This document shows, one piece after another, positions 45,572 through 54,680 of a stretch of DNA of 64,000 bases; the first letter of the stretch is position 1; each line of letters begins with the position of its first letter. Source of the DNA: Muribaculaceae bacterium (GTDB lineage: Bacteria; Bacteroidota; Bacteroidia; Bacteroidales; Muribaculaceae); the NCBI GenBank assembly GCA_029061255.1, contig JAIDSL010000098.1, forward strand, positions 71,921 through 135,920. The letters run 5' to 3'. Made by a program: the position numbers and the translations under genes. The notes below the pieces were generated by a model, which was given only the letters and a program-made list of their open reading frames with translations, did no database searches and had not been told where the DNA came from.

Positions 45572-46219
45572 TCAATCCTCAATTCTCAATTTGTAGAGTG
45601 TCGCCCCTCTCTTCGATCCGCTCTTGTCTATCTTATCGGTTTTTTCAAGACTATAGATATCCAAGATTCTCTTGCGGAAATTCCTTTTGTCAAGTTTATC
45701 TCCCAATATTGCTTCATACACTGACTGTAGCTGACTCAGTGTGAAGAGCTCTGGAAGAAACTGGAATACCAACGGCTTTCTATGTATTTGTAGCCGAAGA
45801 TGCTCCAAAGCTTTCTCCACTATCAGCGGATGGTCGAAGAAGAGTTCGGGCATGTCGTCTAAAGGTATCCAGCAAGCATCGTTGTCGGTGACTCTCTGAT
45901 GATCTTGTTCATCGAAGTTCAGAAGCGCGCAATAGGCCACCGAGATCACTCTCGCTCCCGGATCGCGGTCGATGGCTCCGAATGTACCCACCTGCTCCAT
46001 ATAGACGTCTTCAAGACCGGTCAACTGATGGAGTACTCGTTTTGCTGCATCGTCAAGAGACTCCTCCTCCTCTAAGAATCCTCCCATCAGCGACCATTGC
46101 CCTTTTCCGGGCATCATGCGTCGCTTGATGAGAAGAATATTGAGTTTTCCCTCGTGGAGACCGAAGATCACGCAGTCGACACCTACGTAGTGCTTGGCAT
46201 GCTCTTTATAGTAATTCAT
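45572..46219 (-). CDS. araR: NrtR-family (Nudix + wHTH) regulator, AraR by context
   Basis: VDCVIFG, WSLMGGF, EQVGTFG..DRDP..RVISVAY, FTLSQLQ.VYEAIL..KLDKRNFRK; inside the ara operon. Confidence 0.85.
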   Translation of the reverse strand: MNYYKEHAKHYVGVDCVIFGLHEGKLNILLIKRRMMPGKGQWSLMGGFLEEEESLDDAAKRVLHQLTGLEDVYMEQVGTFGAIDRDPGARVISVAYCALLNFDEQDHQRVTDNDACWIPLDDMPELFFDHPLIVEKALEHLRLQIHRKPLVFQFLPELFTLSQLQSVYEAILGDKLDKRNFRKRILDIYSLEKTDKIDKSGSKRGATLYKLRIED

Positions 46220-46228
46220 AATTCTATC

Positions 46229-46341
46229 AATTCATAATGCATAATTCATAATGCATAATTAGTGCTATTATGCAGAGCCATTATGACTTATTTCCCATAC
46301 AAGGTCATCAATTATGCATTATGCATTATGCATTATGCATT
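46229..46341. repeat. Inverted pair of heptamer arrays between araP and araR
   Basis: (AATKCAT)x4.5 at 46229-46260 and (MATTATG)x4.5 at 46310-46341. Confidence 0.9.
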
Positions 46342-46348
46342 GGTGGAA

Positions 46349-48034
46349 TTACCAGAAATACCAGTAGAATGCTGCAGTGATGCCAAGGATGATGATGGAG
46401 TGGATCACATCCCACTTGTCCCAGCTTGCACGTGTCACTGCACGCTCTTCAGGAGTGGATGTTCCGAATACAAGACCTTTGATCTTTTCCGGATCCGGAG
46501 CCGGGGTAAACATACTTACCACAAAGATTACTGCAAGACAGAATACGAGCATCCAGCCGCAGAAGAAGAGCCAGTTAGTGTCGTAGAATAGCCACTGGAA
46601 CCATGAGCCTCCGTCGGGGGTAGCGCCGATATTGCTGTAATATACCTTTGCGCCAAGACGTGTGATGCCGATCACAAGACCTGCGATCAAACCCCACATA
46701 CCACCCTTTGCGGTAGCTTTCTTCCATGTCACACCTAATAAGAATGCCGCTGCAATACCCGGTGCGAGCACTGATTGCACATCCTGCAGATAAAGATAAA
46801 GAACGTCGCCTACTGATCTCATTACTGGAATCCAGAGAATACCGAGAATTACGATCACCACTGTGGCTGCCTGGCCGATTTTTACGAGTTTCTTCGGGTC
46901 TGTATTGGGCTTGAAGCGCTGGTAGAAGTCGATTGTGAAGAGGGCTGCAGATGAGTTGAAGAGCGATGCGAGAGATGACATAAGCGCTGCGAGGATACCA
47001 CAGACAATCAGACCCTTCACACCTGCCGGCAGAAGTTTAGCTACAAGAGTTGGGAATGCTGCATCGCTGTTGGGAAGACCTTCGGGGGTCAATGGAAGGA
47101 AGCTGCCGAGCTGCTGGTGGAGTGCGAATGCAATCATGCCGGGGATAAGGAAAAGGAATACCGGGAGAAGCTTCAGATAAGCTCCGAAGATCGTACCGCG
47201 GCGAGCCTGTTTCTCATCGCGGCCTGAGAGTACACGCTGCACGATGAACTGGTCGGTACACCAGTACCAGAAACCGATAACTGCAGAACCGATGAGTGCT
47301 CCAAGCCAGGGGTATTGTGCATCGCGGTTATCGCGGATAAGGTTCACCATGGAATCGCCATATTCATTCACCTTTACCTCTGAGCAGATAGCCATCATCT
47401 GATCCCAACCGCCAAGTTCCTTAAGGCCGAGCACGAGGATGATAAGCGATCCAAGAAGTAGGATAGGGGTCTGGAGCACAGAGGTGTAGAGCACTGATTT
47501 CATACCTCCGAAGATGGTGTAGAGCGCAGTGATGACTACAAGACCAATAGCAGCAATCCAGAAGAAGTCAATGCCCCAAAGGCTCTCGATGCCAAATACC
47601 TGCTGGAATACGAGTCCACCGGCATAAACTGTCACGGCCACCTTGGTCAGCACATAGCTGATAAGTGAGATCACCGAGAGAATGGTACGTGATGCCGGGT
47701 TGTAGCGTTTCTCAAGGAACTGCGGCATAGTGATCACCATGGAGCGGCTGTAGAAGGGCACGAATACCCAGCCAAGAAGAAGGATCATCCAGCCCTGGAT
47801 TTCCCAGTGTGCCATTGCCATACCTGAGGCTGCACCTGAGCCTGCAAGTCCGATAAGGTGTTCTGATCCGATGTTCGACGCAAAAATTGATGCGCCGATT
47901 GCGATCCAGGTGGCGTCTTTGCCACCAAGGAAGTAGTCGTCGGCATTGTTCTGCTTTTGCTTCATCACCCATACGATGATGCCTATCAGGGCCAATGCAA
48001 ATATTCCGACTACAATCCAGTCTAATACTGCCAT
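46349..48034 (-). CDS. Sodium:solute symporter, probable arabinose permease (AraP)
   Basis: DYFLGG, ASNIGSEHLIGLAG, WYWCTDQFIVQRVL, AALMSSLAS; ara operon context. Confidence 0.88.
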   Translation of the reverse strand: MAVLDWIVVGIFALALIGIIVWVMKQKQNNADDYFLGGKDATWIAIGASIFASNIGSEHLIGLAGSGAASGMAMAHWEIQGWMILLLGWVFVPFYSRSMVITMPQFLEKRYNPASRTILSVISLISYVLTKVAVTVYAGGLVFQQVFGIESLWGIDFFWIAAIGLVVITALYTIFGGMKSVLYTSVLQTPILLLGSLIILVLGLKELGGWDQMMAICSEVKVNEYGDSMVNLIRDNRDAQYPWLGALIGSAVIGFWYWCTDQFIVQRVLSGRDEKQARRGTIFGAYLKLLPVFLFLIPGMIAFALHQQLGSFLPLTPEGLPNSDAAFPTLVAKLLPAGVKGLIVCGILAALMSSLASLFNSSAALFTIDFYQRFKPNTDPKKLVKIGQAATVVIVILGILWIPVMRSVGDVLYLYLQDVQSVLAPGIAAAFLLGVTWKKATAKGGMWGLIAGLVIGITRLGAKVYYSNIGATPDGGSWFQWLFYDTNWLFFCGWMLVFCLAVIFVVSMFTPAPDPEKIKGLVFGTSTPEERAVTRASWDKWDVIHSIIILGITAAFYWYFW

Positions 48035-48139
48035 AGTTTTGGGTTTGTTAGGTTATTAAGTTATTATTGGTTGTTAAGTTGCCAGTTATAGTGTTGTCTT
48101 TTATGAGTTTATTCATGATATATCATGAATTCCTATCCT

Positions 48140-49297
48140 TTAATCTTTTGTCGAGAATTTAAATACGCAGTGGCTATTGTATGTCTCACCTGGTTTCAAA
48201 AGTGCCGAAGGCCATTCAGGCTTGTTCGGGGTGTCAGGATATTTTTGGGTTTCGAGGCAGATGCCGGTGCGCTGGTTGTAGACGATGCCATGCTTGCCGG
48301 TCTGTGTGCCGTCGAGGAAGTTGCCTGAATATACCTGGATGCCCGGTTCGTTGGTGTAGACGTCAAGCTGGATGCCGGTGGATGGAGAAAGAAGGGACGC
48401 TGCCACTTGGCTGTCGTCGCCTGCTGCGTCAAGCACCCAGTTATGGTCATAGCCGTTACCGTTCTTCAGCTGTGCAAATTCAAACTTGTCGATGTCTGCG
48501 CCCACTACCTTGGCTGTAGTGAAATCCATCGGTGTATCCTTTACTTCTACAATCTCTCCTGTTGTCATATATGTGCTGTCTACCGGAGTGTAGCGCGCTG
48601 CGTTGACAGTCAGTATATTGTTGGTGATAGGCTCGTTGGGATTGCCGTTAAGGTTAAAGTATGAGTGGTTGGTCATATTGATGACCGTTGTTTTGTCTGT
48701 AGTGGCCTTGTAGTCAATATCAATGGCATTGTCGCTAAGAAGAGTATAAGTCACTGTGGCCTTCACATTGCCTGGGAAGTTGTTGTCGCCGTCAGGGCTG
48801 TCCATTGTGAGCACAAGGGTAGAATCGTTGAGTTGGTTTGCCTCATATACCTTATATTGCCATCCGGAAGGTCCCCCGTGCAGGCAGTGTCCGAAATTGT
48901 TCTTGGGAAGTTGGATGGTATCGCCATCGATCACGATCTTTCCTTGATTGATGCGGTTGGCATAGCGTCCGATAGAAGCACCGAAATCGCTGAGGTTATT
49001 CTGTGGGAAATAAGCTTGAACGCTATCGAAGCCGAGCACTACATCCTTAAAGTCGCCGTTGCGGTCGGGGACCATAATTGATACGATACGTCCTCCAAAG
49101 TTGGTCACGCACACTTCCATGCCGTTTGCATTCTTCAGTGTGTAGAGTGCGGTTGGCTTTCCTTCAAATTCACTCACGAAGTTCTGGGGATCGAGACCGG
49201 AGAGTGTTGTCTGCGCAGTCTCCTTGTTGGTGTTGCAGGCAGAGAATGCAAGCATTGCTCCTGCACACACCATAAATGTTTTTGTCGCTTTAATCAT
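48140..49297 (-). CDS. Aldose 1-epimerase (mutarotase, AraM-like) lipoprotein
   Basis: Lipobox FSA-C; GRYANRI, LHGG, NMTNHSYFNL, GYDHNW, CLETQ. Confidence 0.9.
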   Translation of the reverse strand: MIKATKTFMVCAGAMLAFSACNTNKETAQTTLSGLDPQNFVSEFEGKPTALYTLKNANGMEVCVTNFGGRIVSIMVPDRNGDFKDVVLGFDSVQAYFPQNNLSDFGASIGRYANRINQGKIVIDGDTIQLPKNNFGHCLHGGPSGWQYKVYEANQLNDSTLVLTMDSPDGDNNFPGNVKATVTYTLLSDNAIDIDYKATTDKTTVINMTNHSYFNLNGNPNEPITNNILTVNAARYTPVDSTYMTTGEIVEVKDTPMDFTTAKVVGADIDKFEFAQLKNGNGYDHNWVLDAAGDDSQVAASLLSPSTGIQLDVYTNEPGIQVYSGNFLDGTQTGKHGIVYNQRTGICLETQKYPDTPNKPEWPSALLKPGETYNSHCVFKFSTKD

Positions 49298-49341
49298 GAT
49301 ATCATAAGTTAATAATGTTTTCTATTTATGAAAAGGCTTTG

Positions 49342-49370
49342 CCTATGGGAGGGCGGTTTCCTAACCGCCC
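49342..49370 (+). repeat. Second REP-like palindrome family (ATGG-led)
   Basis: CCTATGGGAGGGCGGTTTCCTAACCGCCC, near-identical to 57034-57061. Confidence 0.7.
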
Positions 49371-49428
49371 GTTGCAGTTTTGTCAATACAAGTCCAGTCG
49401 CCCGAACTATATATTGTCTAATTTTTTT

Positions 49429-49449
49429 TGAGTGTAAAAACTACACTTT
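49429..49449. promoter_or_regulatory. Putative AraR operator
   Basis: Palindrome AGTGT-N7-ACACT just downstream of the ara promoter; NrtR-family sites are GT-N7-AC palindromes. Confidence 0.7.
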
Positions 49450-49462
49450 TTCCTTTCGGGCG

Positions 49463-49494
49463 TAAAATTACTACAACGTTCCCTATTATCCAAA
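49463..49494 (-). promoter_or_regulatory. ara operon promoter
   Basis: TTTG-N20-TAATTTTA (one mismatch in the -7 box). Confidence 0.6.
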
Positions 49495-49754
49495 TATTAT
49501 TATATGTTCTACAGCATATTTTGAAAAATTCAACACCGGGTAGATTTCTCCCGTCAAGTCTAGATGAGTATGAGTAATGAAACTCTACGCCTTTGCGCCC
49601 TTTGCGCGACATTTTTAAGCCTGCGGAAGTTGAGGAAAGCAATATGTCGAATTGTCATATAAGAAGCGGACTTTAGTTAATTTTTGTTGAATTATTTTAA
49701 ACTATCAAAAACGGAGATTGTTACAAAGAATATAGACTATATCTACGCCCATTC

Positions 49755-52700
49755 ATGCAATCACAAGATACACCCAACAACACACCGGCAGAAGAACAGA
49801 GCAATGCCCCTGCTCATAAGCCCAAAAAGCATTTGATAGGAAATGCCTGGATCCGGCGCCCTCTCAAGGTGCTCGGATGCATTGTCTTACTGGTTCTGTT
49901 GATTCCGGTGCTTCTTTACATACCTCCTGTCCAGGATTTCGCAGTCAAGACAGCTACTAAAATGGTTGCCGACAAGACAGGTATGAAAATAGGTATTGAC
50001 AAGCTTCGTCTGAAATTCCCTGTAAACCTTTCTCTCTCCGGGGTTAGCGTGATTGAAGCCTCCGGCGACACAATGGTTATGGCTCGTGAAGCTATCGTGG
50101 ATGTAAAGCTTCGTCCTCTTCTTGGCCTCGATGTGCAGATCAAAAAACTCCTTTTGCGCGACGGATATTACCGTATGCTGTCGCCTGATTCATCTATGCT
50201 GATGACTATAAAGGCTGGCTTGCTTGAAGTCGACGATAAGTCAAGCGCTAATATGCGCACAAGCGAAATCTCCCTTAATGAAGCAAAACTTCGTGATGGT
50301 GAGATTACTCTTAACATGGATGTTTGGAAGCAGAAACCAACTCCTCAGGACACTACATCTACTCCTTTTTATATTACAGCTAAAAAACTTAACATCGAGA
50401 ATATGACATTCTTGATGATGATGCTCCCTACGATTGATACCCTTCGGTTTCAGGCTTCTCATCTTGTTCTTGATGATGGTATTGTAGATCTTCGTACTAA
50501 TTCGATACGTATGAGTGATGTGACGGCTTCGCATGGTGATGCCCTGATGTTGGCGCCGTCACTGGAATATGTGAAGGAGCATCCGGCTCCGGCCCCCGAC
50601 ACTACTTCAGCCCCTTCTGCTCCTACCACTGTCGTCGCAGACCGAATCACACTGACTGATTTCAATGCCCGCTATGCTGTGCAAGGTTCTCCTGTTGTCA
50701 AGGGGTTTGATACCAATGATATCCGTGTTTCCGGCCTTGATATCGAGTTAGAACATTTTTATAATCAGGCGGCCACTATCACCCTTCCTATTACCTATCT
50801 CAAGGGCATGGAACAGTGTGGCCTGACTATCACAGAAGGCAAGGGTACATTCTCTATGGATTCCGTAGGCATGATGCTTAAGGATTTCGATATCCGGACC
50901 CCATTCTCTCACTTGGAGGCTACAGCTGCTATCCCTAATGCTCTCCTTGCGTTTGAACCGTCTGCCCTTCTTGATGTCGACCTGACCGCAAGCCTTGGGA
51001 TGAACGATATCAATAGCTTTATGCCGGATCTTGCTGCCTATACTTCGGCTGTCCCGGCTTTGACTCCGCTGAATGCTCGACTTCGTGCTAATGGAGAGTT
51101 GGGCAATGCCGAGATAGAGCAGTTTGACGTGGCACTTCCTGGCACTCTTTCGCTCCGTGCGAAAGGCAATGTAAAGAATGCTCTCGACTTTAAGCAGCTC
51201 ATAGCCAATCTTTCTTTTGACGGAGAGCTCCGCAGGCCGGAAATAGTTAAGAAATTTGTAGCTCTTGATGGCATTGCTATTCCAACTCTTAATATTGTCG
51301 GCAAAGCTTCTGCCGACCACGAGAATTATGCTGCCGATTTCAAGCTGACTACCCCGCACGGCAATCTTGCCGCCGACGGACATGTCGGTATGAATTCGGA
51401 GCGCTACGACGTAAAGGCTGCCGTGCATAGCCTTAATGTCGGAGCTTTCATTGGCGATAAGACCATTGGTCCGATTACTGCTTCTCTCTCTGCAAATGGA
51501 GCAGGTTTCAATCCTGAGAAGAAGGGTGCTAATACAGATATCAGACTCGACCTTGCAAGTGCCATCTATAATGGACACTCCATTAAGGATATAACTCTTT
51601 TCGCCTCTCTTCGCAATGAAGATTTCACACTAAAGGCTAATTCTCCAAATCCTTTGCTCTCATTTGATATTCAGGGTAATGGGAAGATTTCCGACAATTT
51701 CTATCAAGCTGATCTTGATGCTGATATCCATAATGTCGATCTTAAGGCACTCGGATTTTCCGAGACCAATAATTCGGGAGGAGCCAATATCCATGTTAAG
51801 GGCACTGCCTCTCCCCATACTTGGTTGTATGATGTGGATCTCAATGCCGATAAGATCGACTGGCATCTCGAAGATCAGGATTTGAATATTCCCGATGGAT
51901 TTAATCTTAAGTTTGTGTCTACTTCTGCCGACACCCGCTGTCTTCTCGGTGCTCGCGGTGCATCCGTGGAGTTCCTTTCTTCAGTTGGCTTGAAGCCTCT
52001 GCTTGATGGATTCACTAATGTCTCTGCCATTATGCCGAAAATGATTGAAGACAGGCGTCTTGATGTAGAGGCTTTGGAGCAAAAGCTTCCTCCATTCACT
52101 CTTACAGCCGATGTAGATGGCTCCGGAGTGGCTTCTGATTTTCTTTCTCCTATGAAAATGGGATTCAAAGATTTCTCTTTGAAGTTGAAAAAAGACTCAA
52201 TTATCGATGGTGATGTGGTTCTCAATGCGTTGAAGACCGAGTCGATGCGCCTCGATACTATTACGTTTGATATCAAGTCGCGTGGCGCTCTGCTTGATTA
52301 TGTGGTTCATCTTGGCAATCGTCCCGGTACTCTCGATGAGTTTGCTAATGTCCGCATGAGTGGATATCTTGGTGAAAACCGTCTTTCTGCATATCTTATG
52401 CAGCACAATATCAAGAATAAGATGGGTTATAGGCTTGGTTTCACTGCATCGTTGGCTGATTCAATCATGTCACTGCGCTTCACTCCTCTAAAGGCTACGA
52501 TTGCCTATCTGCCTTGGACTTTCAATCTTGATAACTATATTGATTTCAATATCAATAGCAAGAAGTTGCAGGCGAATCTTGAGGCAAGCAGCGACAATAG
52601 CAGTATCCTCCTTCGTTCAGAGAAAAATGAGCAGGGGCGCGATAATTTACATCTAAATCTTAAAAACATACAGGTGGCAGATTTCCTGCATATGATGCTT

Positions 52701-54680
52701 AATCCTCCTCCTGTAAAAGCTCTTGTTAATTCAGATATCAATGTTCGCTACACCGGCCGTGCTCTTGTCGGCAAGGGAAGCCTCGACATATCTGATTTCT
52801 ACTTTGACCGTAAGCGTGTGGGAGATTTTAATTTCACTATGGCCGCCGGAATGGGCAATAAGGGTAAGAGTGCAGGAAAGATAGGGCTTGTAGTCGATGG
52901 TGCTGAGGCTGCTGCTGTGCAGTTCGTGCTTGCTCCCGACTCAGTCAATCCTGCAGGTGGAATGCTGGCTGAGCGCCTGAAGCTCGTCCTCACCAAGTTC
53001 CCGCTCTCTATTGCCAATCCTTTCTTCCCGCCTCAGACTATGAAGCTCTCGGGGGCTCTTAATGGCGATATGAGCCTCAGCGGCAGCTTCACTGCGCCTT
53101 TGCTCAATGGAAGCATATCGTGTGATTCGGTAGGACTGTTTTTCAATATGCTTGGCACTCGCTTCCGCTTCGGTAGCAATCCTATTACAGTGACCGACAA
53201 TGTCCTCGATTTCCATGAATTTGATATATATGCTGTCAACAACAATCCGCTTGCCATTAGAGGTACTGTGGATGCTACAAAGATGAGCAACATTAAGTTA
53301 GACCTATCTGCCAAGGCTTCTAATATTCAGCTTGTGGGTGGAAAGAGCAGCAGTGCTGAGGTGACCGGAAAGCTCTTCACAGATCTTGATGCAACTGTTA
53401 AGGGTTCGATGTCGATGATGAACGTTGATGCTACAGTAAATATTCTTCCGGCTACTGATGTGACGTATGATATGGCGATGACTTCTGATGCATTGTCGCA
53501 AGGTCAAGGTGCTGATAATGTTGTGAAGTTCGTCAATTTCTCTGACACCACTGCTGTTGCTAAGGCTGATTCTCTCACTTCTACATTAGGAATGAGAATC
53601 ACTGCAAAGGCAATAATTTCACAAGGCACTCAGGTCACTGTAAATCTTGGTGAAGATGGTAAGGTACAGTGTAATCCGTCAGGAACACTCAACTATTTCC
53701 AGAATTACGTTGGCGATATGAAGCTTAATGGTACTCTCTACACCGGCAATGGATATGCCAACTACAATATTCCTATCATAGGCAAGAAAGGCTTCACATT
53801 CGATCAGAATAGCCATATCACATGGAGTGGCGACATCTTGAATCCGGCTCTTTCTGTTCAGGCTACGGACCAGGTCAAGGCCAGCATTCAGTCGAGTGGA
53901 AACACTCGCTTGGTCAATTTCATAGTGACTCTGAATATAGGCAACACCTTGTCTGCCCCATCCGTAGTGTTCGATCTTTCCACTGATGATGACCTGAGTA
54001 TAAGCAATGAGCTCCAGTCGATGACTGCCGATCAGCGCCAGCAGCAGGCTATGAGTCTTCTTCTGACTGGAATTTATCAGGGCCCGAGTTCAAAGTCTGT
54101 AGGGTCCGGATTTGGGATGGGGTCTGTGTATAGTTTCCTTACTTCGCAGCTTAATTCGTTCCTTGCCGACAATGTGAAGGGTGTTGATATCAATTTGGGT
54201 GTCAATCAGTATGAGACCGGTACTAATGGCAACACCACTACCAATACATCTTATTCATATCAAGTGTCGAAATCTTTGCTCAACAATAGGTTTAAGATTA
54301 TTGTAGGTGGCAACTATTCTACGGATGCTTCTGCCGACGATAATTTCCAACAGAATCTTATTAGCGACATCGCTTTTGAATACATTCTTAAGCAGACCAA
54401 TAATATGAGTCTTAACGCTCGGCTTTTCCGTCATACCGGATTTGAGAGTGTGCTCGAAGGTGAGGTTACTGAGACCGGTGTCGGTCTGTCGCTCAGAAGA
54501 AGGCTTGCCTATTTCACCGAAATCACTCATTTCGGTCTTAGCAAGCTTTGGAAAAAACATAAGAAACCGGTTGCCGTGCCGGTGCCTGCTGACTCTCTGA
54601 TTGATGTGAAGGAGACGTTGGATACTCCGGCTGATTCTATCAAGGCAATTACAAGAAAGGATGATGAAAATGCAGAATAA
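49755..54680 (+). CDS. tamB: Translocation and assembly module TamB-like protein
   Basis: N-terminal TM (LLYIPPVQ), long beta-rich body, DUF490-like C-terminus (SYQVSKSLLNNRF, LEGEVTETGVG); overlaps an Omp85 gene. Confidence 0.85.
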   Translation: MQSQDTPNNTPAEEQSNAPAHKPKKHLIGNAWIRRPLKVLGCIVLLVLLIPVLLYIPPVQDFAVKTATKMVADKTGMKIGIDKLRLKFPVNLSLSGVSVIEASGDTMVMAREAIVDVKLRPLLGLDVQIKKLLLRDGYYRMLSPDSSMLMTIKAGLLEVDDKSSANMRTSEISLNEAKLRDGEITLNMDVWKQKPTPQDTTSTPFYITAKKLNIENMTFLMMMLPTIDTLRFQASHLVLDDGIVDLRTNSIRMSDVTASHGDALMLAPSLEYVKEHPAPAPDTTSAPSAPTTVVADRITLTDFNARYAVQGSPVVKGFDTNDIRVSGLDIELEHFYNQAATITLPITYLKGMEQCGLTITEGKGTFSMDSVGMMLKDFDIRTPFSHLEATAAIPNALLAFEPSALLDVDLTASLGMNDINSFMPDLAAYTSAVPALTPLNARLRANGELGNAEIEQFDVALPGTLSLRAKGNVKNALDFKQLIANLSFDGELRRPEIVKKFVALDGIAIPTLNIVGKASADHENYAADFKLTTPHGNLAADGHVGMNSERYDVKAAVHSLNVGAFIGDKTIGPITASLSANGAGFNPEKKGANTDIRLDLASAIYNGHSIKDITLFASLRNEDFTLKANSPNPLLSFDIQGNGKISDNFYQADLDADIHNVDLKALGFSETNNSGGANIHVKGTASPHTWLYDVDLNADKIDWHLEDQDLNIPDGFNLKFVSTSADTRCLLGARGASVEFLSSVGLKPLLDGFTNVSAIMPKMIEDRRLDVEALEQKLPPFTLTADVDGSGVASDFLSPMKMGFKDFSLKLKKDSIIDGDVVLNALKTESMRLDTITFDIKSRGALLDYVVHLGNRPGTLDEFANVRMSGYLGENRLSAYLMQHNIKNKMGYRLGFTASLADSIMSLRFTPLKATIAYLPWTFNLDNYIDFNINSKKLQANLEASSDNSSILLRSEKNEQGRDNLHLNLKNIQVADFLHMMLNPPPVKALVNSDINVRYTGRALVGKGSLDISDFYFDRKRVGDFNFTMAAGMGNKGKSAGKIGLVVDGAEAAAVQFVLAPDSVNPAGGMLAERLKLVLTKFPLSIANPFFPPQTMKLSGALNGDMSLSGSFTAPLLNGSISCDSVGLFFNMLGTRFRFGSNPITVTDNVLDFHEFDIYAVNNNPLAIRGTVDATKMSNIKLDLSAKASNIQLVGGKSSSAEVTGKLFTDLDATVKGSMSMMNVDATVNILPATDVTYDMAMTSDALSQGQGADNVVKFVNFSDTTAVAKADSLTSTLGMRITAKAIISQGTQVTVNLGEDGKVQCNPSGTLNYFQNYVGDMKLNGTLYTGNGYANYNIPIIGKKGFTFDQNSHITWSGDILNPALSVQATDQVKASIQSSGNTRLVNFIVTLNIGNTLSAPSVVFDLSTDDDLSISNELQSMTADQRQQQAMSLLLTGIYQGPSSKSVGSGFGMGSVYSFLTSQLNSFLADNVKGVDINLGVNQYETGTNGNTTTNTSYSYQVSKSLLNNRFKIIVGGNYSTDASADDNFQQNLISDIAFEYILKQTNNMSLNARLFRHTGFESVLEGEVTETGVGLSLRRRLAYFTEITHFGLSKLWKKHKKPVAVPVPADSLIDVKETLDTPADSIKAITRKDDENAE

